This document shows positions 48,797 to 57,219 of a stretch of 64,000 bases of DNA, piece after piece. Under the pieces are notes generated by a model that saw nothing but the letters and a program-made list of their open reading frames with translations, was not told the origin of the DNA and did not search any database. The position numbers were made by a program, and so were the translations under genes. Source of the DNA: a virus; the IMG/VR virus record IMGVR_UViG_3300024520_000049, positions 78,596 through 142,595 of that record. One strand, given 5' to 3'. Position 1 is the stretch's first letter. Each line of letters opens with the position of its first letter.

Positions 48797-49631
48797 CGGA
48801 GCTGGCAGGACACTGGAGAAACTGGTGCATCTTGACGGTATATTTGACGGCGGTACGATCATCCTCATGGGCGGCGCGCCAACGATCAAACACCAGCCGC
48901 TGGACCTGCTGGCGCAGCGTGGCGTGGTGACGGCGGCGATCAACAACGCTGGTATCCACTTCCGCCCGACTCTGTGGTTTATAGGGGATAACCCTGAGGG
49001 CTTTGAGCCTCAGCTGCTTATGGACGCAGGTATTATGAAGTTCATACCGCACTGCTTCGCCGGCAACACCGCGCAGGGTAGGAAGTTGACTGACATACCG
49101 AACGCCTACTTCTACGTCCAGACAAAGGACGCGGAGCTGGGCGAGTTCCTGAGCAAGCCGCGTGAGGTGCCGTGGTTCTTTAACACGTTGTTCGCCTCGC
49201 TCCACATCCTCTACCGCCTCGGGTTTAAGCGTATTATACTGGGAGGGTCTGACTTCGAGCCAAGCCCGGACCAGATGTACGCACACGATACCAAGCTTAG
49301 CCCCGAGGAGCGTGACATGAATGTACGCCTGTACCAGCGTCTGGTTGGGGAGCTGATTGCGTGCAAGGGCGTTTTTGAGCAGGCCGGCGTGGAGCTGTTT
49401 GACTGCTCAGTGAAGTCTAAACTGGGCAGCACCTATCCGGTGATCTCCATGGAGGAGGCTGTCGATATGTGCCTGGATGGGTTCCCGCGAGAGATGGTTG
49501 ATACAACTACGCTGAAGCATGGCACCCGTTTCGCCTCAGCAGACTGGCGCAAAAAGATGAAACTAGCACCCCTTGATGAGTATGAAGAGCTTGAGGATAA
49601 CCAGGAGAAAGCCTGGGATTCTGTGCTCTAA
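48783..49631 (+). CDS. DUF115/MptE-like (sialyltransferase-like) protein
   Basis: IILMGGAPT, AAINN, LGFKRIILGGSDF, FDCS. Confidence 0.7.
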   Translation: MILINGAGRTLEKLVHLDGIFDGGTIILMGGAPTIKHQPLDLLAQRGVVTAAINNAGIHFRPTLWFIGDNPEGFEPQLLMDAGIMKFIPHCFAGNTAQGRKLTDIPNAYFYVQTKDAELGEFLSKPREVPWFFNTLFASLHILYRLGFKRIILGGSDFEPSPDQMYAHDTKLSPEERDMNVRLYQRLVGELIACKGVFEQAGVELFDCSVKSKLGSTYPVISMEEAVDMCLDGFPREMVDTTTLKHGTRFASADWRKKMKLAPLDEYEELEDNQEKAWDSVL

Positions 49632-49732
49632 ATAACAGGGTATTTAATGTTATAAGTATATAGTAGTAGATACTATATGTATCATTACTATTCACTTGTT
49701 AACTACCCAAACTCAACATAGGAGAAGAGACC

Positions 49733-50626
49733 ATGGGCAACGAAACAAACACACAAGAAGAAACAGCATCGACCTCTGAAAAGAAATCCCCACTGGTGAA
49801 GCGTGCAGCCGCGCGTTCCGTACAGGGGGCTATTCTGCTCGGGGGCTTCGGTGTGGTGACACCTCTGGAGATCACCAAAGACGTTCTGCGCCTCGGCGCT
49901 TACGGACTTGGCGGTCTTTCTCTGATCCTTAAGAAGGGGTCCGACGGTCTCCACCTGGGGGCTGATATCGTTAAGAATACGCAAACCCGCGTCGACCATA
50001 AGGTTGGAGCACTCTTCGGCCAAGTCGGGGAGTGGGGTGGTGTGGGACTGACGAGAGAGGAACGTCACGAGCAGGAGCAGGCCTTCTTGGTTGAGCTCAA
50101 TGCATCGAAGAAGCTCCTGAAAGAGCTGGATGCTGTGCACGCAATGGATCGTGGAGACGCCCCGATGGACTTCCCACGCATTAACGCGTTCTACGCGGAC
50201 ATCGCGGAGCTGCGCAAGCAAGCAGCTGGCGTGGCTCCCTCGGAGCCCGCTGCGCCAAGCGTTGCGGACGTTGCTAAAACACAAGCGGCTGACGTGGCGA
50301 AGACGGCTGATACGCAGGAGATGACAGGCACCAAGGCCTGCCCGCACTGCGGCAAGGCGGTTACAGCTCCCGAGTACAGCGCGCATGTTGAAATGCACGC
50401 GACCCGGCTCGCTCTCGTCTACTCAGGCGAGGGTGTCACAGCCAATATAGACGCCGTCTATAAGAAGCTGAAAGATCAGGGTACGGCGGGTACGCGCGAA
50501 GCGCTGCGCAAGGTTGCAAAACCGATCGTGGCGTTGATGAAGAAAGCGAAAGATGCTACCATAGATCCGGGTGTGGCGATGCCCAACAACCCAGGTTCGG
50601 TAATCAATCCTAACCCCGCCACATAG
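49733..50626 (+). CDS. hypothetical protein with C2H2-like zinc finger
   Basis: AGGAG RBS after an AT-rich promoter-like spacer; CPHC-x11-HVEMH. Confidence 0.7.
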   Translation: MGNETNTQEETASTSEKKSPLVKRAAARSVQGAILLGGFGVVTPLEITKDVLRLGAYGLGGLSLILKKGSDGLHLGADIVKNTQTRVDHKVGALFGQVGEWGGVGLTREERHEQEQAFLVELNASKKLLKELDAVHAMDRGDAPMDFPRINAFYADIAELRKQAAGVAPSEPAAPSVADVAKTQAADVAKTADTQEMTGTKACPHCGKAVTAPEYSAHVEMHATRLALVYSGEGVTANIDAVYKKLKDQGTAGTREALRKVAKPIVALMKKAKDATIDPGVAMPNNPGSVINPNPAT

Positions 50627-50695
50627 GCGGAGTTGGGGTGGCGGGGTCAGACATTTGTCTGATCCCGCTACGAACTTTTAGATATCGGAGGTAGA

Positions 50696-51031
50696 ATGGC
50701 ATTCCAATCTAAGGTATACTTAGTTACGCTGCCGGCAATTATGGCGCCGATGCGGCCGTTCACTTCACTGCTGAAGGCCGCGTTGTTCATCGCTAAACAT
50801 GAGCGCTACCTGCCGGGGTGGAAATTATATGTGGGGCAGCCGGACGACGCGGCGGGCCTGCAGGAGATGACAGCGCAGGCTGAGCCCATGATAGCCCACC
50901 TGCAGCACCACATTCCGACGTGCGGGGAGGAGTTCATCTCCTCTGAGTACCGCGTAACGGATGATCCGGACCATAAGAGGTTCAAACACCTGAGGTTAGA
51001 ACGATGCAGGAAGGTAACAACACGCACCTGA
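50696..51031 (+). CDS. hypothetical protein
   Basis: GGAGG RBS. Confidence 0.65.
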   Translation: MAFQSKVYLVTLPAIMAPMRPFTSLLKAALFIAKHERYLPGWKLYVGQPDDAAGLQEMTAQAEPMIAHLQHHIPTCGEEFISSEYRVTDDPDHKRFKHLRLERCRKVTTRT

Positions 51032-51273
51032 TCAAATCCAAAAACGCGCAGCGTAAGCACTCCGATGGGGGCGCATACCGTGAGAACATCTCGCGTATTT
51101 TTGGTGAGAAGAAGGTAGTAGGCACAGCCAAGCTGAAGCCCAAAAACAACCAGACCAGCGTGGTTACATGCCGGTCGGCGAATAAGCACGGGGAAGACAA
51201 TGACAGCTACAGGAGCGGACATGAGCGAATCTTTGGTAATAAGACCGCAGAGCCCGAATCTCCCGCTGGATAA
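51004..51273 (+). CDS. small hypothetical protein with internal repeat
   Basis: YRENISRIFG / YRSGHERIFG duplicated. Confidence 0.45.
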   Translation: MQEGNNTHLIKSKNAQRKHSDGGAYRENISRIFGEKKVVGTAKLKPKNNQTSVVTCRSANKHGEDNDSYRSGHERIFGNKTAEPESPAG

Positions 51274-51598
51274 TCCTGCCTTCGTGGAGCTTATGACAGA
51301 CGCCATTGTACTCGACCCTGAGTACCTGGACGCCGCGATCATAGGCCACGACACAAACGAAGATGGGGAGATCATCTTTGTATATAGCTATGAGAAGCTC
51401 ACCGAAGCTTTCCGCAACGCCGAAGAAGGGTGGAATGACCTTGACGCGATGGAGTGGGTAGACTTCAACACTGTAAGAGCCCTCCCCTACATGGGGGATC
51501 GGGCGCCGATAATTAAATACGAACTCGAAGATGAGGAAAACAAAGATGAACGAGAAGAATTGGAGGTTCCACGGAACCATCGGGGAGGTACTCCCTAA
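51221..51598 (+). CDS. conserved-looking phage hypothetical protein
   Basis: LDAAIIG...VYSYEK...AMEWVDFNTVRALPYMG; AGGAG RBS. Confidence 0.7.
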   Translation: MSESLVIRPQSPNLPLDNPAFVELMTDAIVLDPEYLDAAIIGHDTNEDGEIIFVYSYEKLTEAFRNAEEGWNDLDAMEWVDFNTVRALPYMGDRAPIIKYELEDEENKDEREELEVPRNHRGGTP

Positions 51599-53063
51599 GC
51601 TGAAAAGTGGCTACCGCGGGGTAGCAGTGCTCATTGACCCAGCCAAGAGCAGAGCGGCAGTTACCGGCAGTGGCTGTATTAGAACAACCCTTCCTGGCCT
51701 GTTGCAGAATATGAAGGGGCTTAAACGGCGGTTGGATCTGAAGCAGATACAGGAACGCTACCCAGAGCTACTCCTGATGGTCACGCACAAAATCGGAAAG
51801 AAGGCTACGTTCCCACGCCGGCACGAAGTCTCCAGCTGGCTGGGTCTGGCGAAAAAGGCCCCGATCGGGAAGATAGCGCTGGGGGAGGACAACTTCCCAT
51901 CTGCCCCTGAACCGGCACCCCAGCCCGAGCTGGGCCTACCCCCCTCAGAGCCTGAGGTTGTTGATCCGCCAAACGCGCAAAGGGCCGCGGACCCAGGAGC
52001 TCTCTCCCTCGTCTGCCCCGAAGATATCGCGCAGGGGCGTGTGATCCGCGCTTTCTCTGAAACAGGCTCAACGGGGGACACGTTCTTCGTCGCGCACGAT
52101 GTCGCTGATATCCTGGGCTACCGTGACAGCCAGAACTTGGTTCGACTCCTCAAGAATGAGGATACAAGAGATGGTCTACGCCCTCACTTAGTGAGGGTGA
52201 AGGATCGAGTGATCGAATCCCCTTGCCTGAGCTTCCCCTGTTTAGTTCTAGCCATGTTTCGATCGGACAAGCCTCTGGCCGTCAAATTCCGGGGCTGGGT
52301 GGCGCACGATGTCATGGATCAGATCCGCCGGACGGGTTCTTTTTCGGCCGGTGGTGGGCATGCAGAGGTAGTTGGGTCTGATGAGCGGTGGAGGCTTTTT
52401 GAGGCTTCGGGAGCCCGCCAGGATCGCATGCTTGAGGCGCAGATGGCTCAGATGTCGATGTTGCAGTCACTCGTCAGCACCATGGCCGACATGCAGAAGG
52501 GCTTCGGCCACAAAGCGTCGCAGCCAGAGTCGGCGGGTTACTCCCGGGCACAAACTGCGGTCATCGGGCTGCTTGAGCCCCCTCGCGTCCCGATGAAGGA
52601 GTTCCCTTCGGACGCGTATCTCGTTGCAACCAAGGTGTCTGGGCAGCTGATCACGGACATCGCTCACCCCAATGCGCCACTAGGCACACGCACCACGCTG
52701 CTGGACTTGTTCCCGTTACGGAATGAAGCTGCGGAGATTCTCTTCATCCTTCTAGAGCGGTGGGGTGTGGTTGTTCGACATGAGCAGGGCAGCGATGAGC
52801 CGCATCTGACGGTTGACGCTACATGGCAGGAGTACGAGATCTTGGTGCCGGCATTCCGGAATACCTATATGAAAGACGGCAGCAAAGTGCTGCATAGCGA
52901 CGGTTCTGACGCGTTCCGCTCTATGTTGGTATTCCATCCAGAAGAGGCGGTTAAGCGTCTTCAGCGTCACTTCACAAAGCTGCGGGACTCCAAGCAGCTT
53001 GAGCAGGAACTTGCTGCGGCTGTCTCACTCCGAAGCGCCCGCCGCCAGAAAAAGAAGGCGTAG
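51546..53063 (+). CDS. Bro-N domain (antirepressor-like) protein
   Basis: FFVAHDVADILGY...FRSDKPLAVKFRGWVAHDVMDQIRRTGSF. Confidence 0.8.
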   Translation: MNEKNWRFHGTIGEVLPKLKSGYRGVAVLIDPAKSRAAVTGSGCIRTTLPGLLQNMKGLKRRLDLKQIQERYPELLLMVTHKIGKKATFPRRHEVSSWLGLAKKAPIGKIALGEDNFPSAPEPAPQPELGLPPSEPEVVDPPNAQRAADPGALSLVCPEDIAQGRVIRAFSETGSTGDTFFVAHDVADILGYRDSQNLVRLLKNEDTRDGLRPHLVRVKDRVIESPCLSFPCLVLAMFRSDKPLAVKFRGWVAHDVMDQIRRTGSFSAGGGHAEVVGSDERWRLFEASGARQDRMLEAQMAQMSMLQSLVSTMADMQKGFGHKASQPESAGYSRAQTAVIGLLEPPRVPMKEFPSDAYLVATKVSGQLITDIAHPNAPLGTRTTLLDLFPLRNEAAEILFILLERWGVVVRHEQGSDEPHLTVDATWQEYEILVPAFRNTYMKDGSKVLHSDGSDAFRSMLVFHPEEAVKRLQRHFTKLRDSKQLEQELAAAVSLRSARRQKKKA

Positions 53064-53082
53064 GCCGCACAAACACACAACC

Positions 53083-53134
53083 AACCCCCATTCATGTTCA
53101 GGAAAATATTCTTGTTCACGAATGGGGGTTTTTT
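53083..53134 (+). terminator. intrinsic terminator
   Basis: AACCCCCATTC/GAATGGGGGTT stem + T-run. Confidence 0.75.
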
Positions 53135-53148
53135 ATTGGGGGTAAATC

Positions 53149-53487
53149 ATGAGTGCAGATCTTTGGGTTCTGCTTCTCGCTGCCATGATTCAGGTGGAAT
53201 CTGGGGGCATATCACAGATCAATCACCAGGAGCAGGCCTACGGCGTATTGCAGATACGCCAGGGAGCTCTTGATGATGTCAATCAGTCCTGCGGTACTCG
53301 TATCACTCTGCAGGACTGTCTCCGTAACGAAACCATAAGTCGTTGGGTCTGCGTACAATACGCACGACGTTACGGCGCACAAACAATGGAAGGGATTGCA
53401 AGGACGCATAACGGAGGGCCGGCAGGCCCTTCGAAGGTTTCTACCCGGGCCTATTGGAACAGGGTAAAGCGGGAGCTGCGGAAGTAG
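53149..53487 (+). CDS. small lysozyme-fold enzyme (i-type/destabilase- or SLT-like)
   Basis: IQVESGG (catalytic Glu), GVLQI, ARTHNGGP.G, YW.RV. Confidence 0.8.
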   Translation: MSADLWVLLLAAMIQVESGGISQINHQEQAYGVLQIRQGALDDVNQSCGTRITLQDCLRNETISRWVCVQYARRYGAQTMEGIARTHNGGPAGPSKVSTRAYWNRVKRELRK

Positions 53488-53578
53488 CTCATAGTGCCCG
53501 CTTCAAAACCGCGGAAGCGCGGGATACGAATGGGGTTTACAATGAAGACGAGAAGAACTGACAAGGGACAAAAGGGGC

Positions 53579-54676
53579 ATGACAAAGGTAGGGACAAAAC
53601 CACAACAGCGGGCACTCGGGCTGAGTGTCGGCGCACTTATTGAGGCAAAAATGCAGCACCAGGAAAATACCGATCACGATCATGTGTTGGTGGGATGGCA
53701 GGCGCCTGTGCAAGCAGGGACTGTTACCTTCGACATCACGACGTTGACCGGGCTATCACCATTCACGCTCGTGTATGGACCCGCCAGTACGTTTGCAGGG
53801 CGTGAGATGACACCGGAGCAGATAATCTCGTGCAGCAAAACTTACCGTATGCGGCTGAAGCCGTTCACGGTGAACTATGCGAAGGAGAAGATCACAACAA
53901 CCGGGGACATCAAACTCTCCACATTAGTGGATACAAACTGCACACGATGCCAGCATAAGACCTCGATGCCTACTGGGAAGGCGCGGGCGCTGCAACGAGC
54001 CGGTAAGTTGACGTGCTCAATTTGTAAGGACAATGTAAAGCTAAGTATTATGGGGGTGAGACCCCAGAAACTTTCCACGTCTTCGTCACTCGTGACGAGG
54101 ATGCAGAAATGTATGGCGATGCCCTTTGCACCGAACCCTGATGTAATGCCGAACGTCTACGCGCTTATGTTGCCAGGTTCCGCGCCCGGTGCATACACGC
54201 CAGAGTCGGTAAGACAGACGGAAATGGTCAGGCGGTACCACCGTACAGCTTCCCGGTGCCCAGAATGTCAGTATGTCTCCCTTGTGCCAAAGGGAGCCAA
54301 TTTTGACGCTGGGTTCCTTATGGCTTGTCAGAACTGTCGCCACGCCTACGAGGTGCAAGGCGACAGTCACTTGTCATATGATATCCGTCCTCTAAGCGTT
54401 CTTAGAGAGCACTTTGGGAAAGTGCGCGAGACGGTTTCAAAGTCCAAACACAAAAAGGGGAAATCGAAAGTGACGCAAGAAGTTGAGTGGGGGCGCATCC
54501 CTGGGCTGCAATGCCTGGTGTGCCTGGCTGAAACCATCAACGTGGGCTGGGCTCCAAAAGCTCTTCTCCACAACTCAAATCACTTAAAGCAGCTCAACCA
54601 GCATGGTTGGGTAAGAGCATTCCCAGCGCTCGGGATGGCAAATAAACGAGCACAGCCACAAGTAACAATCGTCTAG
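53579..54676 (+). CDS. hypothetical protein with several zinc ribbons
   Basis: CTRC, CSIC, CPEC, CQNC, CLVC. Confidence 0.7.
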   Translation: MTKVGTKPQQRALGLSVGALIEAKMQHQENTDHDHVLVGWQAPVQAGTVTFDITTLTGLSPFTLVYGPASTFAGREMTPEQIISCSKTYRMRLKPFTVNYAKEKITTTGDIKLSTLVDTNCTRCQHKTSMPTGKARALQRAGKLTCSICKDNVKLSIMGVRPQKLSTSSSLVTRMQKCMAMPFAPNPDVMPNVYALMLPGSAPGAYTPESVRQTEMVRRYHRTASRCPECQYVSLVPKGANFDAGFLMACQNCRHAYEVQGDSHLSYDIRPLSVLREHFGKVRETVSKSKHKKGKSKVTQEVEWGRIPGLQCLVCLAETINVGWAPKALLHNSNHLKQLNQHGWVRAFPALGMANKRAQPQVTIV

Positions 54677-54701
54677 GTGATCCTGGGCTTATGCTTACAA
54701 T

Positions 54702-54726
54702 GTGGGGGGCCTAACCGGCCCCCCAC
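54702..54726. terminator. hairpin between convergent genes
   Basis: GTGGGGGGCC/GGCCCCCCAC. Confidence 0.65.
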
Positions 54727-54729
54727 CAC

Positions 54730-55077
54730 TTAGCTTTTACGCGCTTTGCGCCGAGCCCAGGCGGCCTTCTGCCCCTCGGAGATTCTCCGGCGGGCCTCCT
54801 CAGACTGTACTGTGCCTTCGCGGTTCTTCTTACCTTTCATAGATCGTGCAATGCGCATATTCCAGGTGATCCTGTGCTGTTCCTCGTCGTCGCGCACCTC
54901 TATGGAGAGTTCCTCATCGGGGTCGGCGAAGTTCATGATATAGTTCACCTGGCTCAGGGTTAAAACCCAGCCCTGCTTCTTCAGCTCTCTCCACTTCTTT
55001 CTGACACCCTTCTCAGACATGCGCGGGTAGCGGGATTCAGGTGGTAGTTTTGGTGCTTTTGGTACGTCTCGTGGCAT
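54730..55077 (-). CDS. NUMOD3-motif DNA-binding protein
   Basis: AAGGAGG RBS; QSEEARRRISEGQKAAW NUMOD3-like motif. Confidence 0.65.
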   Translation of the reverse strand: MPRDVPKAPKLPPESRYPRMSEKGVRKKWRELKKQGWVLTLSQVNYIMNFADPDEELSIEVRDDEEQHRITWNMRIARSMKGKKNREGTVQSEEARRRISEGQKAAWARRKARKS

Positions 55078-55135
55078 AGGTGCCTCCTTTGTTGCTGAAG
55101 AGACGATATCACACCTGACAAAAAAGTCCAGACCG

Positions 55136-55277
55136 TACTTAAACTATTCTAGGCAGTAAATCGAGACTATCGTTACAACTTCAGAGAGGATACTTAAACT
55201 AAGCCGCGCCTTCAGATACCTGCTGTTTATACTTTAACTACATACTTAAACTATTCTAGGCAGTAAATCGAGACTAT
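55136..55277. repeat. 35-bp exact direct repeat (55136-55170, 55243-55277) plus two shorter core copies
   Basis: TACTTAAACTATTCTAGGCAGTAAATCGAGACTAT twice; TACTTAAACT at 55191 and TACTTTAACT at 55230. Confidence 0.9.
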
Positions 55278-55506
55278 TGACACGGAAAAATCCCGTTTTT
55301 GTAAATTTCACAAAATAAGAGATATCCCCCCTAAAGGGGGTCTATCCTCTTATTAAACAAAAACGTCGTCCGCCTTAGCCTAACGGCACGGCTTCCTAGT
55401 TTTGTTCGCTCCATCGCGATAAAACCCCATCTGGGGCTTGCAAAGGGGGTTCCGCCTTGTAAGATATACCACGCACAAACACAAAGGAGGCTCCGTGGAG
55501 AAGCTG

Positions 55507-55755
55507 ATGACTCACCCTGTTGAATGCCGCAAATGCGGCCACATTGAGGATGCGCAGCATTGCACCTCGAACACCTGCGGCAACAAAGATTGCCGCGCTC
55601 ACCTGACAACCCCATGCCCTAGCGGCTGCGGCCACGACATCATGGTGTCTTTGGCCTACCCGCACTATTCCAGGAGCAGTAGCTCCTGCCCCTACTGCTA
55701 CAACAACGGCGTCGATGCCGGGCCGTCGATGTTGAAGATTCCGCTGACGACCTAA
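55507..55755 (+). CDS. small Cys-rich zinc-ribbon protein
   Basis: CRKC, CxxxxCxxxxC, CPSGC, CPYC; GGAG RBS. Confidence 0.65.
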   Translation: MTHPVECRKCGHIEDAQHCTSNTCGNKDCRAHLTTPCPSGCGHDIMVSLAYPHYSRSSSSCPYCYNNGVDAGPSMLKIPLTT

Positions 55756-55760
55756 ATAGC

Positions 55761-55902
55761 GGGCAGGTAGCTTAAATCGGCAAAGCGGGGGCCCTGGTCC
55801 TCTAGGATGAGTGGCTACTGCAGCTAGGTTATTTTCTAATTTTTTCCTAATAGCAGGTGACGCGATTCCGACATGCGGGTTCGAATCCCGTCCTGTCCAC
55901 CA
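55761..55902 (+). ncRNA. tRNA-like RNA (142 nt) with enlarged anticodon region; Ala-type G3-U70 acceptor
   Basis: GGGCAGG/CCTGTCC-A-CCA acceptor, GCTT/AAGC D arm with GG, GCGGG-TTCGAAT-CCCGT T arm; about 88 nt between D and T arms. Confidence 0.7.
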
Positions 55903-56036
55903 ATGACCTAAAATATTTAGAAAAAAGCACGTCTTTTTCTAAACGCCTTTGAGCGAGGCGGGCCGATGCACTGACCAACTGCGGTGCAAAAGCCTGTCTC
56001 GCTCTTTTCATTTATACTTACAATTAAGGAGGCAAT

Positions 56037-56240
56037 ATGCCTGACTTCCACGAGACTCGTATGGGTCGGAGATTTATTGAGGGCACCATGCCTAAAATCG
56101 CCAACGCACTGGAGCGCATCGCTGACGCACTGGAGCGGCGCAATGACCTGGAACGTCACGAGGAGGGCGCGCCGACTAGCGGTACCACTGCAAGGCCTGA
56201 TCCAGACTATAACCCCGGAGGCTCAGGGCCTCCTTCATAA
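56037..56240 (+). CDS. small hypothetical protein
   Basis: AAGGAGG RBS; FHETRMGRRFIEGTMPKIANALERIADALE. Confidence 0.75.
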   Translation: MPDFHETRMGRRFIEGTMPKIANALERIADALERRNDLERHEEGAPTSGTTARPDPDYNPGGSGPPS

Positions 56241-56456
56241 TCAGTCGAGAGGCCAGGATCACTACCTGACCTCTCATAGCGCGGGTACAGAACCAAGCCC
56301 GCCTCTCGGTCGAAGGATCTCAGAGGGTTATCACGATAGCCCCGGACCGGTGGGACCTCAGCTTTGGCACAAATTGCTGCAGGTCATGACAAGAAGTTCA
56401 TCAGCCACGCTTGTCACCACTCTCCTACAGGGCGCGAGCGGCGCCCGATCACTGAT
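56240..56456 (+). ncRNA. candidate structured ncRNA (about 217 nt)
   Basis: ATCAGT/ACTGAT terminal pairing enclosing at least 6 hairpins (GAGAGG/CCTCTC, GCGGG/CCCGC, GGGTTATC/GATAGCCC, GACCT/AGGTC, TGACAAG/CTTGTCA, GGGCGC/GCGCCC). Confidence 0.5.
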
Positions 56457-56474
56457 CCGTCCGCTCACTTTTTT

Positions 56475-56605
56475 CTTCGCGTGGCGCAATTGGAAGACGC
56501 CTCACCCGCAAGGTGAGCTGGGCCGAGGTGTGCCCAGGAACGAGAGTTCAAAGGGGGTTCGATTCCCCTACATGATTGCGGGTTCGAGCCCCGCCGCGAA
56601 GACCA
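56475..56605 (+). ncRNA. tRNA-like RNA (131 nt) with a multi-hairpin insert and a second T-loop
   Basis: CTTCGCG/CGCGAAG-A-CCA acceptor, TGGCGCAATTGGAAGACGC D arm, GCGGG-TTCGAGC-CCCGC T arm; four hairpins in between. Confidence 0.7.
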
Positions 56606-56765
56606 GAACCCACCCCCCGGAAAATGGCAGGAAACACCTGTCAAAACCCCCGGAAAACCCCCTCCGCGCCGAGGCAAAAACCCGTCCAGATTTGCAGTTA
56701 CACCCCCCACTACGATTTTTTCTAGGCAGGGAAAGGGTCTGCAGGCTATATTAACGAGAGCAAAT

Positions 56766-57215
56766 ATGAAGAAGAAAGAAATAATTGATTGGGTTGAGCG
56801 GCGGTTCTTGCCTCAACTTCGACTTAAGCCGGACGACACTGCGGCCGTCTATTGTCTGGACAGGGAAGGTCGGTATACAATCATCCCACCCACTCCCATG
56901 CCGCACCTGGACCGAGTGTGCGCATACCACATCCGGCGAGCACTGAAAGGGCAGCCCGATGAGACCGCGTGCGACGCCTATGCTGAAGACCCGCTTATCT
57001 CTGATGGCGGAGACCCGCTGTGGTGCGGCCCAGCAGCAGCCAGTATCTTCAGGCTGTGGTTCCCCGAGCTTCCTCGTGTTGTAGCGACTCATTTAGAGGA
57101 GGTGCTTGACGATTACATCGTAGTCGTGCACAGTGCCTACGTTTACGGGGTTTTCCGAAGAGGGCACAGGCTTACGGAAGTGGCACGTAAACATTACGAT
57201 AGCAGGAAGAGCTAA
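56766..57215 (+). CDS. hypothetical protein
   Basis: 149-aa ORF starting the early-type gene array. Confidence 0.65.
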   Translation: MKKKEIIDWVERRFLPQLRLKPDDTAAVYCLDREGRYTIIPPTPMPHLDRVCAYHIRRALKGQPDETACDAYAEDPLISDGGDPLWCGPAAASIFRLWFPELPRVVATHLEEVLDDYIVVVHSAYVYGVFRRGHRLTEVARKHYDSRKS

Positions 57216-57219
57216 GACT

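Noticed and set aside
54730-55077. Homing endonuclease
   Set aside because: Only a NUMOD3-like motif is present; no HNH or GIY-YIG catalytic motif.
55136-55277. 35-bp direct repeats as a mini CRISPR array for the RAMP protein
   Set aside because: Only two full copies; the 72-bp intervening sequence itself contains repeat cores and is too long for a spacer; no cas genes adjacent.
55761-56605. Calling the two tRNA-like elements ordinary tRNA-Pro(TGG) and tRNA-Cys(GCA)
   Set aside because: Neither has U33 or a canonical 5-bp stem/7-nt loop anticodon arm at the correct spacing; lengths are 142 and 131 nt.
55984-56754. 256-aa ORF in the ORF track
   Set aside because: No RBS, implausible composition, and it overlaps a well-supported small gene and two structured RNAs.
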